A stretch of 64,000 nucleotides of DNA from NCBI GenBank assembly GCA_964471825.1, contig CAYYKD010000003.1:69601-133600 (forward strand), read 5' to 3'. Positions 29,350-39,666 of the stretch are shown one piece after another. The stretch is from an uncultured Spirochaetales bacterium. Lineage in GTDB: Bacteria; Spirochaetota; GWE2-31-10; CAYYKD01. How positions within the stretch are numbered: the first letter of the stretch is position 1; every line of letters starts with the position of its first letter. Under the pieces are notes generated by a model that searched no databases, was not told where the DNA came from, and saw only the letters and a program-made list of their open reading frames with translations. A program made the position numbers and the translations under genes.

Positions 29350-31188
29350 ATGGATGATAGCGAGAATACAGTGGGCATAGAAATAATTAACGCAATAAAT
29401 GACATAAAAAATTCAAATATCCCGCAAGAGGTTCTGGAACTGTTAGATAATATATCTCTGGAACTGATTGGTCTCTATACTGAGAATGGTAGTCGAAAGG
29501 ATAAGATTGTTGCAAGTAACACAAAACGCGTGATTACTGAGTATATGATTCAGCACTTAAACGAGATCGAACGGGAAATAATTAATAATACTAAAACAAA
29601 GACTAAAATTTATCAAAAAATTAATAGTCTTATAACACACTATTTTTCTACTAACTATTTTCGTAAAATCTATATTGTAACGATGGTTGATGATTTTATA
29701 GAATCCATCTTTGGTGATGAATTGACACTCTCAAAGTATATATTTGATAAATATTCAAAAAAAATGGTCGGGCATGAATATGATGAGATGGTAAAATATA
29801 TCGCAATCTATGGACAGGTTATTGATAATTCTGATGTTCATGACCTGAAGATCGGCTATAGAAAGGCAATTGTTGAAGAGGCTCATTCAAATGATATAAT
29901 TACGGATGTCTGGGTTAAACTAAAGGAGATTGCCGGAAAGCCTGTCTGCGATAAGCTGTATAATAACCTTTCAACATTCAATTTTGATAAATTGAATCAC
30001 AATAAGAAGTTTCTTAAACCGGTTATAGAAAAAATATTATTGGGAAAGGAGATGATTACAGATGAGTTTTGCAGAGTAAGGCAGGCAGGAATAGAATATT
30101 ACGGTGCACCGATCAGCACGCTTGGGGCAGCAAATATTTATGATTTTGAAGCATTTCATAAAAAGATTCGAGAAAAAGGGTATTTTGACGAGGCAAACAT
30201 TCTATCCGCATATATTCAGAATAATATTCTCCTGTTTACTGACGATGTTATAGATCTTAAATTTTGTGGTCTGGATGAATCACTGCTTATGGAATTAAAA
30301 AACCTTAACAGCAGAAAATATAGAAACATATGTCTTGGATTTATTATTCTATCAGAGCCGACTGAACAGATATTTGAAGCAGATGGTTCGCTTAATTTTA
30401 TTGTTAACAATCTGTTAAAATCTATCTACAAAATGAGTGAGGTGGTTTTGATAGGTGATTTTGAATTTCAGGAATTTCAGAAGGAAATTCTCGTAACTCT
30501 ACAACAGATATCGAGATTACGGGATATTGAGACTAGTGCCCATCAGGAAAGGGTTACAATATATACTAAGGTGCTTGCAGAGGCCCTCCTGGCCAAAAAG
30601 GAGTCGGGTGAGTTAACAAAACTTGTTTTGGCAAGCGGTCTTTCGGAGTCAACGGATTATAATATTGTTGATAAAGAGTATGTTAGAGATCTTGTATATA
30701 GTGCTTCGCTACATGATCTGGGTAAGGTGGGCATTTCGGATGATGTTCTGAAAAAACCTGACAGATTAACGCATGACGAGTATGTCTATATGCAATCCCA
30801 CGCGGATCTTGGTTTTCAGAAGTTGAACAGTGTGACTAGAATGTCTAAGAATAAGACATTTCTCGTGCTTGCGGCGGCTCTTGCCGGTAATCATCATGAA
30901 AAGTGGAATGGTCATGGCTACCCTCTAGGCAAGAAGGGTTATGAGATCCCTTTATCTGCCAGGATTCTCGCGATTGCAGATGTCTACGATGCACTTAGAG
31001 TGAGACGGCCATATAAGAAGCCGTTTACCCATGTTGATGCTGTAAAAGTGATCCTGCATGAAAAGGGAAGACATTTTGATCCTGTCCTTGTCGATATTTT
31101 TTATGAGTACAATAAAAGTTTTGATGAATCATTTAAATCTGTGCAGGAAAACAACATTGTTGTAACGAAATCATACGATAGTGATTAA
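29350..31188 (+). CDS. HD-GYP domain phosphodiesterase (c-di-GMP) with ~380-aa uncharacterised N-terminal domain
   Basis: HD (SLHDLGKVG) and HHEKWNGHGYP (HD-GYP signature) in the C-terminal third. Confidence 0.7.
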   Translation: MDDSENTVGIEIINAINDIKNSNIPQEVLELLDNISLELIGLYTENGSRKDKIVASNTKRVITEYMIQHLNEIEREIINNTKTKTKIYQKINSLITHYFSTNYFRKIYIVTMVDDFIESIFGDELTLSKYIFDKYSKKMVGHEYDEMVKYIAIYGQVIDNSDVHDLKIGYRKAIVEEAHSNDIITDVWVKLKEIAGKPVCDKLYNNLSTFNFDKLNHNKKFLKPVIEKILLGKEMITDEFCRVRQAGIEYYGAPISTLGAANIYDFEAFHKKIREKGYFDEANILSAYIQNNILLFTDDVIDLKFCGLDESLLMELKNLNSRKYRNICLGFIILSEPTEQIFEADGSLNFIVNNLLKSIYKMSEVVLIGDFEFQEFQKEILVTLQQISRLRDIETSAHQERVTIYTKVLAEALLAKKESGELTKLVLASGLSESTDYNIVDKEYVRDLVYSASLHDLGKVGISDDVLKKPDRLTHDEYVYMQSHADLGFQKLNSVTRMSKNKTFLVLAAALAGNHHEKWNGHGYPLGKKGYEIPLSARILAIADVYDALRVRRPYKKPFTHVDAVKVILHEKGRHFDPVLVDIFYEYNKSFDESFKSVQENNIVVTKSYDSD

Positions 31189-31215
31189 TAGATTAATCGC
31201 AATGCAGGTGTTGTT

Positions 31216-34200
31216 ATGAAACAAGGGCAAGGTGTAACTTCATTTTTGAAAATTTTCTCTATTGTTGTTATTGCTCTGATAATATTTATGGCTATACTTA
31301 TTTTTATTGCCGCAAAGAATATCACACCGATTGCACGAAGGTTAATTAATAGAGAGCTGCACTATCAAAGGGCATCATTTAATCCGGCATCACTTGAAAT
31401 ATCTCTGGATAATTTAACGCTTGGGATAGATATTGACAATACTTTTTTTTCTGTTTCAAAAATCACTGCAAGGCTATCTATTCGAGACATTGTTAGAGGC
31501 AAACTGAGATTCTCATCAATTGCTGCAGAGTCCCCTGTGTTGAAAGTGTACAGAACAGTCGATGGTAAATTTGTCTTTCCCGACTTCATTTCACCGGAAA
31601 AAATTAAAGGATCAACGCAATTCAATATTATTTCAGGGAGTTCCTTTGAGAATATCAAGGTGAGTAATGGTCGAGTAGTCTCAGATAATGGTCTGGTAAT
31701 ACTTGACGAACTTGTTATCTCAATACCCGGTTTTAGACCCGACAATATTAAGGTTGAGCCTGTCATATCAGGGAAACTATACAATAATGTGTTTAGGATA
31801 TCTGGAAACTCTGAGGTTAAACAGGATTTAATTATCAACACATTTGCAGCTGATTTGAGTAAATTTAAGTTGCTTGACATCTATAATCTATTTAACTTTA
31901 GTCTGCCCTATACTATCAGCTCAGGAGAGCTATCCGGAACAATATATTTTAAACACATTTCAAAGAAAGGCAGGGTCAATTGGAGCGTAGGTGGAACAAT
32001 CTCACTTCGCAATCTCTCTATTGTAGAAGGTGTAGAGCGGTCGCGATTTTTGAAAAATATAGAAGGTGAATTAAAGGGTTTCAATTATAATGGAACGGAC
32101 AACCTATTTTCTGCTGAAATGATTAATGTACGCAAAGGTGAGTGGCATCATCAAATTAAAATACCAAATAAGACTGTTAAATCTCTGAAATCACAGGAGC
32201 CTTTTTTCTATAAGATTGAAATGCTTGCACTCTCAAATATTGATCTGAGGTATATTGACGAGCTTACAGACTTTAGCGAAACACTTCGGGTTGAATCATT
32301 GAAAATTAGTTCACTGTCAAATATTCGATCAGGGTTGTCAGATGTGATTTTGAAAATAAGGGGCAATAGGTTTGATGAGCTAGTACTTAACGGCCAGATC
32401 AATCAGGCTGATGGTGTATATATATTAAATAGCGGCACTCTTAGGAAACTCACTCTTGACGGTTATAGGCCACTTCTTAAGCGAATTACAACTGTTAGAG
32501 GGGGACTTATAGATATTAATAAGCTCAGTGGCTCCTTGGATAGAAATGGTTTTCAGTTTAATACAGAGGTTGATCTTAGGTCGCTTGTTATACCGGGAAA
32601 GAACACAGAGATATATATAGACAGACTATGGTGTCAAATTGAGAGAGAGCGTGATGGTTCATTAATTGCCGGGCAGGTGATTGTTTCTGAGCTTGATCCG
32701 GCAATTCCAAACATAAGGAATATTAGTTTCAGTATTAATGGTAAGCCGGAAGGCTATAGAATGGGAGTGGTAAAAAAGAGATCCGGTCTAATTGGTAGTG
32801 TTGATGAAAAGCAGATGCAGAGCTACATTATGGACGATTTTCTTACAGTTACCAATATCAAGATATCTGCTCTCCATGATGGGAGATCACTTAGTATTGA
32901 GTCAGACTCCATTGACATGAATGTAAAGGCTACTATTGATTCAGAACCAACGCTTCAATTTGCAGGGAGTGCCGAGATGTCTATTAATGGTCTGCTTCTA
33001 AGAGCTGACCAACGGATAGGACTAAAGATCGACAGGGCAAAACTAACTATTAAAAAAATAAACTTCTTTCCAATGGATATCTTTATTTCGGAGGGAACGA
33101 TAAATAGTCCTCTAATATCCGCAGGGGTAAAGGCTGACAATTCGTTTGAACTGTTCTCATTTCTAGAGCCATTTAAGAAATCAAAGCCTGCATCGAATAT
33201 CACAGAAATAAGAAGCATGGATAATAAGTTCACAATAAACAAACTAAATATTGCTGATGGGACTATAGTCTTTAATGATAGAACGACCGCTCCTAACTTT
33301 TTAGCCACGGTAGATAAGATAGAGGGTGTTATTCAGGACTTTCCCTCGGTAACACAAAGCACGGGCAGATATCTGCTTTCAGGAAAATATGACGGACTAA
33401 CTGATGTCTATCTGGATGGAACAATAAATCCATCAGGACACAAACTGAAGATATCCTGTTCTGATTTAAAATTGCCCGGTCTATCATCATATTTTATCAG
33501 ATATCTCGGAAATGAGGTAATCTCCGGATCATCAAATATTAACATGGATGTCCGGATCGATAATAAGGGGTTTTCTGTAGACAATAGTATAGAGTTGTAC
33601 TCTGTATCGGCTAAAAAAATAAACGGAAATATCAATCTTGAGAGGCTTCTGAGAATTATCGAGGATAGCTCAGGAGTGATTAAGCTGAATATTCCAATCA
33701 AGAGTATAGATGGCGATATAAAAGTTGATTATAGGAAAAACTTTTTTGATCTATTTATGCAGTCCATTGATAAGCCTGTGGCTGGTGTATCCGGTGTGGT
33801 TGGCTTTATTCCCGATAATATATATGATATTATACTCTTTAAGGATGGAATGTCGGAAATTCAATCTATTGACGGAGTGTTTAGTGATAAAATAGTGTCA
33901 TCATTTAATGTAAAATCAAAATACTTCCTTATTGAGAGTTTTGTTGATCAGAAAACTGATAGGGATGAAATTAGAAATAGTAAATTTATGCGTGTCTATG
34001 ATCTCTACTCAATACAGGCTAAGGATCAGAGGCCGGCATTAATTGAAGTCTATAGACATTTTGATATGGTTTTTAATTATGATTATTTAAGTGACAATGA
34101 GTTCAAGAAATCAATAATTGAAAACATTAAACTTGACTATTCGGATTACACAAACCTTTCTCAGAAAAGATCAGAGGAGATTGCCAAGGTGATAACCAGC

Positions 34201-34320
34201 ATCTATGGAGTAGATGAGAAGAGGATTATTATTAGAATTCCTAAAGAAGTCAATAATAATAATCTTGTTGAGGGGTATTCAAATAATCTGGGTGTAGTAA
34301 GGTCAGGAGAAAAAAAATAG
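31216..34320 (+). CDS. Large envelope protein of the DUF748 / AsmA-TamB-like family with N-terminal TM anchor and possible C-terminal OmpA-like segment
   Basis: N-terminal TM helix. Long predicted beta-rich repeat region. 1034 aa. C-terminal ...LSQKRSEEIAKVITSIYGVDEKRIIIRIPKE is weakly OmpA-like. Confidence 0.4.
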   Translation: MKQGQGVTSFLKIFSIVVIALIIFMAILIFIAAKNITPIARRLINRELHYQRASFNPASLEISLDNLTLGIDIDNTFFSVSKITARLSIRDIVRGKLRFSSIAAESPVLKVYRTVDGKFVFPDFISPEKIKGSTQFNIISGSSFENIKVSNGRVVSDNGLVILDELVISIPGFRPDNIKVEPVISGKLYNNVFRISGNSEVKQDLIINTFAADLSKFKLLDIYNLFNFSLPYTISSGELSGTIYFKHISKKGRVNWSVGGTISLRNLSIVEGVERSRFLKNIEGELKGFNYNGTDNLFSAEMINVRKGEWHHQIKIPNKTVKSLKSQEPFFYKIEMLALSNIDLRYIDELTDFSETLRVESLKISSLSNIRSGLSDVILKIRGNRFDELVLNGQINQADGVYILNSGTLRKLTLDGYRPLLKRITTVRGGLIDINKLSGSLDRNGFQFNTEVDLRSLVIPGKNTEIYIDRLWCQIERERDGSLIAGQVIVSELDPAIPNIRNISFSINGKPEGYRMGVVKKRSGLIGSVDEKQMQSYIMDDFLTVTNIKISALHDGRSLSIESDSIDMNVKATIDSEPTLQFAGSAEMSINGLLLRADQRIGLKIDRAKLTIKKINFFPMDIFISEGTINSPLISAGVKADNSFELFSFLEPFKKSKPASNITEIRSMDNKFTINKLNIADGTIVFNDRTTAPNFLATVDKIEGVIQDFPSVTQSTGRYLLSGKYDGLTDVYLDGTINPSGHKLKISCSDLKLPGLSSYFIRYLGNEVISGSSNINMDVRIDNKGFSVDNSIELYSVSAKKINGNINLERLLRIIEDSSGVIKLNIPIKSIDGDIKVDYRKNFFDLFMQSIDKPVAGVSGVVGFIPDNIYDIILFKDGMSEIQSIDGVFSDKIVSSFNVKSKYFLIESFVDQKTDRDEIRNSKFMRVYDLYSIQAKDQRPALIEVYRHFDMVFNYDYLSDNEFKKSIIENIKLDYSDYTNLSQKRSEEIAKVITSIYGVDEKRIIIRIPKEVNNNNLVEGYSNNLGVVRSGEKK

Positions 34321-34342
34321 AAGGGCTGGTCAGACCCTTCTA
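34318..34342 (+). terminator. Possible hairpin terminator after the DUF748 gene (no immediately adjacent T-tract)
   Basis: 8-bp stem TAGAAGGG/CCCTTCTA with a 9-nt loop. A- and T-runs follow after a few nt. Confidence 0.3.
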
Positions 34343-34626
34343 AGTTTAAAAAAAAGTTTCGTTTTTGTTTGTTACTTCTTAGTTTGTAAGAATCTTTGTA
34401 ATAAATTGTTATTACTATTTATTATTACTACTATGATAGTAAATATAACACAGCCGGTTTGAAAAGTCAATATATTTTAGAAAAAAAATTTTTGTTTTTT
34501 CAGATGTTCGGAGTGTACCGGAATTGTGTATTGTTTATTCTTTGAAATGTGCATAGAAATGTGCATAATTTGACGGAAAGAATTTAGATGTATTCTGTGC
34601 TATGTTTTGATAATCTGTACTGATCA

Positions 34627-34641
34627 ACCATAGGTTGTCCC
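34627..34641 (+). repeat. REP-like element, single partial copy (ccataggttgtcccc)
   Basis: Matches the 3' half of the family consensus. Confidence 0.5.
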
Positions 34642-34948
34642 CACTAATCATGTTCCGGCAAAATATGTAACTTAAAAAAACTCTATTTTAAAAAACTTCA
34701 TTTTAAAAAAACTCCTTTGATGTGTAAGTAATATTTAGAGAATCTGGCAGAAGTAATGATTTTTGCCGGATTCTAATTCTAACTGGAGCTTTATGTCAGA
34801 GAATTTGCAGGTGAGAGCGTAATAAGTCAATATATTCCCTTATTATTAGCGTATTAAATAAAAATTTTTATATAATTTATTGAGTTATAATTCAATATTT
34901 GATATATTAGTTTAATTGAAGTATTAAAACATTATAAAGGTAGTACAG

Positions 34949-37099
34949 GTGAAAATAGTACAGGTGAAAATAAAGAAACAAATTCTTTTGCTTATTACAG
35001 TTTTGACAATTTTGACAATCTGTGTAAACATAGCGGCAGATGAATATGATTTACAGAGCAGCTTGTTAAACGGAAGTTCACAGAATAGTACAACTACTAA
35101 TGTGTCATCTGATGAGATGATATACTTTACTGTGGGTAAGCTCCGATACTACAGAACAATAATGCTGGTTGTAGACCCATCAACAGGGGTGATACTTGCA
35201 AGTTCAGGCGGTGCAGTTAGTTTCTATGGCTATAATAAACTTGAGGGGATGAATATCTCCGAAATAAATACTCTTAATCAGTATCAGATAGCTGATGAAA
35301 TGAATAAAGCGGTAAATGAAAAAAGGAATTTTTTTCATTTCAAGCATAGGCTTGCAGATAGACGGATTGTGGATGTTCATGTGAATTCATACCCGATGAT
35401 TTATAAAGATAGACCAGTACTTGTTTCCCGTGTTATGGATGTGTCTGATCAAATTTTTTCTGAATCGACACACTCGGTTATTAAATATATGATGTTTATC
35501 GCATTATTTCTCATAATTATTATCTTAATTGTTTTCATGGTGTATATTAGGAACAATGAAAAAAAATATCGTCTGCTCTTTGAAAACATGGTTGAGGGGT
35601 TTGCACTTCATGAGATAATCTTTGACAAGGAGAATAATCCTGTAGACTATAGATTCATCGATATCAATCCCCGTTTTGAGGAGTTGACCGGTTTAAAACG
35701 GGAGACTGTCCTGGGTAGATCAGTTAAAGAGATGCTTCCTGAAACTGAGACCTATTGGATAGAGAACTACTCAAAAGTTGCCTTGAGCGGAAAGCCGCTC
35801 TCTTTTGAGAACTATTCTCAGGGGCTTAATAAATACTTTAGCTGCAATGCGTTTTCTCCATCAAGGGGGAAGTTTGCTGTAATTTTCTCTGATATTACTG
35901 ATAATAAAATTAAAGAACTTGAGATCATCAAGTCAAGGGATGAAGCACAGAAAGCAAATAAGACCAAGTCCGATTTTCTTGCAAATATGAATCATGAGAT
36001 ACGGACGCCTATTCATAGTATAATCGGTTTTTCAGATGCACTGCTCAAAACAGATCTCAGTTCTAATCAGAGGGATTTTGCAACAAATATAGTGATGGCC
36101 TCCTCTTCATTAATGGGGCTGATAAATGATATATTTGACCTTACCTCAGTAGAAAATGACACACTCATATTACATCCGGATAAAATAAAGATAACTCAAT
36201 TAATTGAGTCTGTTGTTGAATTATTGAGATATAAGGCGGTGGTAAAAGGGTTAAATCTAACATTTTTCAATAATTTACAGGATGATTTTACGATTATGGC
36301 TGACCCCGTGCGATTGAGACAGGTTCTAATCAATCTATTGGCAAATGCAGTTAAGTTTACCGATAATGGCGGTGTATCTATAGAATGTGCTGTTAACATC
36401 CTTGATGAAAAACTGGCGGCATTTACAATATCTGTAACTGATACAGGTGTAGGGATAGATGAGTCACACAGGCCCAGGCTCTATGAGGCCTTCTATCAGA
36501 TAGAGAATGAAAAGTCTAGAAAGCATGGCGGAACAGGGGTCGGGCTGCCGATTTCAGATAGAATTTTGAAGTTAATGGGCAGCAGTCTTGAATATGAAAG
36601 TAAGGTTGGCAGAGGTTCAAGATTCTATTTTACAATTACAACTGAATACTACACAGAGACAGTCAGGGAAAATCGGGATAGAAATAACCTGAAAGAGATT
36701 AGTGCTAATAAGCAGAGTTCATTTGATGGTACTATACTTGTGGTTGAAGATGAGAAGATCAACATGATTCTTATTAAATTTTACATCTCGCATCTCTTAC
36801 CCAATGCACAGATAATAGAGGCCTATAATGGACTTGAGGCAGTCAATCAAGCGAAGGAGTTTCATCCTGAGCTTATTCTTATGGATCTTAGGATGCCTGA
36901 GATGGATGGAATAGCTGCAACAATAAAGATTCGTGAGTTATTTCCGGAGCATCCTCCGATCATTGCAGTAACTGCAGATGTAACCGATGCAGTAAAAGAG
37001 GAGTGTTTTAATGCAGGGATGAATGATTACTACACAAAACCATTAAATGAAGAAGAGATGGGTGAAATAATAAATAAATATCTGTTTAAGACTATCTAA
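34949..37099 (+). CDS. Hybrid sensor histidine kinase (periplasmic sensor, PAS, HisKA, HATPase_c, C-terminal receiver)
   Basis: H-box MNHEIRTPIHSIIGF. G-boxes TDTGVGI / GGTGVGLPIS. Receiver ILVVEDEKINM...LILMDLRMPEMDG. The start region overlaps a 16-bp direct repeat, so an alternative start lies at 34964. Confidence 0.8.
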   Translation: MKIVQVKIKKQILLLITVLTILTICVNIAADEYDLQSSLLNGSSQNSTTTNVSSDEMIYFTVGKLRYYRTIMLVVDPSTGVILASSGGAVSFYGYNKLEGMNISEINTLNQYQIADEMNKAVNEKRNFFHFKHRLADRRIVDVHVNSYPMIYKDRPVLVSRVMDVSDQIFSESTHSVIKYMMFIALFLIIIILIVFMVYIRNNEKKYRLLFENMVEGFALHEIIFDKENNPVDYRFIDINPRFEELTGLKRETVLGRSVKEMLPETETYWIENYSKVALSGKPLSFENYSQGLNKYFSCNAFSPSRGKFAVIFSDITDNKIKELEIIKSRDEAQKANKTKSDFLANMNHEIRTPIHSIIGFSDALLKTDLSSNQRDFATNIVMASSSLMGLINDIFDLTSVENDTLILHPDKIKITQLIESVVELLRYKAVVKGLNLTFFNNLQDDFTIMADPVRLRQVLINLLANAVKFTDNGGVSIECAVNILDEKLAAFTISVTDTGVGIDESHRPRLYEAFYQIENEKSRKHGGTGVGLPISDRILKLMGSSLEYESKVGRGSRFYFTITTEYYTETVRENRDRNNLKEISANKQSSFDGTILVVEDEKINMILIKFYISHLLPNAQIIEAYNGLEAVNQAKEFHPELILMDLRMPEMDGIAATIKIRELFPEHPPIIAVTADVTDAVKEECFNAGMNDYYTKPLNEEEMGEIINKYLFKTI

Positions 37100-38148
37100 T
37101 GTTTGATAAAACATCACAAAAGAGAGTATGTATGATAAAAGAGTTGATAAATGATTTAGTATCTGTTTTTAAACCTGAGATTTACCATGGTTTTTTAAAA
37201 AAAGGCAAGTTTTTTGAAGGTTGGTATTACAAAATAACTGATAGGAGCGGGAAGCGAACAGCAGTGTTTATTCCGGGTATATCTAAATATACGAAAGACA
37301 GGCATTCATTTATTCAGTTTTTTCATACAGAACAGTTAAATAGAGATTATTTTCGGTTTGAGAGTGATAGTTTTAAGTCTGACTATAACCATCTTGGTGT
37401 CACTATAGACAGATCCTCATTCAGTTCGGATTCTATACAGGTAGAGATTGATCAAGGCAAGAAGATATCTGGAGATTTTAAGTTTACCAATCTGATTAGA
37501 TGGCCTGTTCTGTTATTTAGCCCCGGAATTATGGGTTTCTTTGGTGTTCTACCATTTATGGAGTGTTACTATGATCTCATCTCAACAAAGGGAGCTGTAA
37601 CCGGCAAGCTCAAAATTGATGATCAAATAATAGACTTTGATGGCGGCTCTGTCTACATAGAGAAAAACTGGGGTTCATCATTTCCGTCAGAGTGGATTTG
37701 GCTTCAGGCTAACAGGTTTAATACGGAGACTGTGGGTATAACTTTTTCATATGCGACAATTCCATTCCTGGGCACAAGTTTTAAGGGGCTGGTTTGCGGT
37801 CTGTCAATCGGTAAGAAGTTCTATAAGTTTGCAACCTACAATGGCGGCAAGGTCTTAAGTTTAGATATCAGCGATCACTCTGTAAAAGTACTTCTTAGAA
37901 AGGGCAGTCTCTATCTTGAAATTGAAGCTCAAAGGATTGATGGTGCATATTTGCCGTATCCGACCATAACAGGTATGAACGGCACTATCTATGAAAGTAT
38001 AAGCGGTAATATGAAAGCATTGCTATACAGACTTAAGGGCGGATCCAGGCAGGTGATCTTTGAAGGCGTTAGTGATAATTGCGGTGTTGAGATAACCATG
38101 AAAAAAAATAATGGCTTTTCATGGGATAAATTAACTAAGCAGGGTTAG
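37099..38148 (+). CDS. Tocopherol-cyclase-like family protein (PF14249-like), function unknown in bacteria
   Basis: N-terminal YHGFLKKGKFFEGWYYKITD resembles the tocopherol cyclase PHSGYHF...RRFFEGWYF signature. Translationally coupled to the kinase (TAATG). Confidence 0.45.
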   Translation: MFDKTSQKRVCMIKELINDLVSVFKPEIYHGFLKKGKFFEGWYYKITDRSGKRTAVFIPGISKYTKDRHSFIQFFHTEQLNRDYFRFESDSFKSDYNHLGVTIDRSSFSSDSIQVEIDQGKKISGDFKFTNLIRWPVLLFSPGIMGFFGVLPFMECYYDLISTKGAVTGKLKIDDQIIDFDGGSVYIEKNWGSSFPSEWIWLQANRFNTETVGITFSYATIPFLGTSFKGLVCGLSIGKKFYKFATYNGGKVLSLDISDHSVKVLLRKGSLYLEIEAQRIDGAYLPYPTITGMNGTIYESISGNMKALLYRLKGGSRQVIFEGVSDNCGVEITMKKNNGFSWDKLTKQG

Positions 38149-38198
38149 GTTGTCCCTAATGGGTTAAATCAACTAATGAGGGATAGGTTGTCCCTAAT
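38146..38198 (+). repeat. REP-like elements, two direct partial copies (ggg(t/a)taggttgtccctaat) 37 nt apart between convergent genes
   Basis: Copies at 38146-38160 and 38183-38198. The first overlaps the stop codon of the upstream gene. Confidence 0.55.
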
Positions 38199-39528
38199 AT
38201 TCCTTGTTGGTTTTGAAGACCGGGATTTTGTCAAATATTGGATTGAGCTGGCATGGGGTTTTGTATAACTTCAGATTAAAGTCTGTATTTAGAAAATGGT
38301 CTTCATATACGCTATAGACTGTGTCTTTTATAAGACAATTTGAGTCAGCATTGAGCCTGTTTATATTTACCGTAGGATTTCTATAGTCCGATGATGCAGA
38401 CCATGATTCTTCAGTATTAAGATAGTCAGATCTATATATAAACTCATTTTCAAAATTGCCGCCCTGAGCGTGACTCTTTCCTGATTTAAATCCAAAATCC
38501 TGACCTGAAATAATCACAGATTTAAATCCAAGCTGACCTATAATCCTAAGAGTGTTAAAAAAAACTGTTCCTTCAGCCGGGCTCTTTAGAATGGGTTGAG
38601 ATCTAAAAAGCTCATTGCCGAGACCATTACAGTAGTCATAGAAATAGAAGTCCTGTTTGAGATTTAATAATGAACTGTTAATGCAGGGGTGTGCTAGAAC
38701 TATATATCTATGCTTTAGTAAATAGAGATGATAGAGGGAGCCATAGCCCGGATCAGCTAATACAATATAGTCTGCAAATATCTGTGCGGATTCTAAAAAT
38801 CTAACAGCGGATGGAAGTGCAAAGATAGGGATTTTCGCAGAGAGTTCTCTGATGTACTCTATGTTTAGTTCTAGACTTCCGCCGGATGAACAGATCAACG
38901 CAACGCTCTCACTCTCTATATTGTCATTTATATTATTGTTTTTTGAGTTGTTCTTATCAGTATGCAGTAATTTGGGGTGATTGCCTGTTATTTGAATTTT
39001 CTGCATATTTCTTGTATAGTTTCTTTGCATCAGATCGTCAAATCCAACCCCCGTATTTAGAGAAAGCCCTGTTTTGTAGAGAATTGATTTTATACGCTGA
39101 ATGTATGGAATATAGAACTCATGATTGTGTTTTAAAAGCTCAGGCCATACAACAACAGATATATCAGATGAATGTATATTGTTGTCTACAAGGTAGCGTT
39201 CAAGTTCCTCATGAGTATTTAGATATACAATGCTCTTAGATTGAATTGATTCTTCGAATTTTTCGGGCGTGCAGGAAATCACTTTTTTATTGATACCAAG
39301 TAGTATCTTATTGATGTACTCTGCACCGCAGACTGTGATCACTGTGTCCTTTAGAACGCCAAGCGATTTGATATATCTATCAGCCTCTGATATGGGATCA
39401 TATAGTGAATATAGCAATTTGTCATTATATGAATATGTTATAAAGCCTTTTTTACCAATAATTGATTTGTATTTTAACTGATCACTTTTCATATATCTAT
39501 ATATACCAATTAAACTGAAATATTTCAA
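38194..39528 (-). CDS. Hypothetical protein (444 aa), possibly DUF115/MptE-like. Contains an Asn-rich low-complexity stretch.
   Basis: Long ORF with good coding periodicity. No confident motif match. Confidence 0.4.
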   Translation of the reverse strand: MKYFSLIGIYRYMKSDQLKYKSIIGKKGFITYSYNDKLLYSLYDPISEADRYIKSLGVLKDTVITVCGAEYINKILLGINKKVISCTPEKFEESIQSKSIVYLNTHEELERYLVDNNIHSSDISVVVWPELLKHNHEFYIPYIQRIKSILYKTGLSLNTGVGFDDLMQRNYTRNMQKIQITGNHPKLLHTDKNNSKNNNINDNIESESVALICSSGGSLELNIEYIRELSAKIPIFALPSAVRFLESAQIFADYIVLADPGYGSLYHLYLLKHRYIVLAHPCINSSLLNLKQDFYFYDYCNGLGNELFRSQPILKSPAEGTVFFNTLRIIGQLGFKSVIISGQDFGFKSGKSHAQGGNFENEFIYRSDYLNTEESWSASSDYRNPTVNINRLNADSNCLIKDTVYSVYEDHFLNTDFNLKLYKTPCQLNPIFDKIPVFKTNKEY

Positions 39529-39546
39529 GAATCTCTATAATTAATC

Positions 39547-39585
39547 TCACTATAAATAAGCTCTATAAATAAGCTCTATAATCAT
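39547..39585. repeat. 13-bp tandem repeat x3 (c(a/t)ctataa(at)(ac)a(at)g) in the promoter region of the 444-aa gene
   Basis: cactataaataag / ctctataaataag / ctctataatcatg, read directly. Confidence 0.6.
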
Positions 39586-39596
39586 GCCACGCACAC

Positions 39597-39632
39597 TAAA
39601 AAAAGCACGAAGTCTCTGCTCCGTGCTTTTTT
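39597..39632 (-). terminator. Bidirectional rho-independent terminator downstream of groES
   Basis: Stem AGCACG/CGTGCT with a 12-nt loop, flanked by A7 on one side and T5 on the other. On the minus strand the hairpin is followed by TTTTTTT. Confidence 0.6.
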
Positions 39633-39666
39633 AGTACTAAATATTAAATATCTTCATTACATTTAG

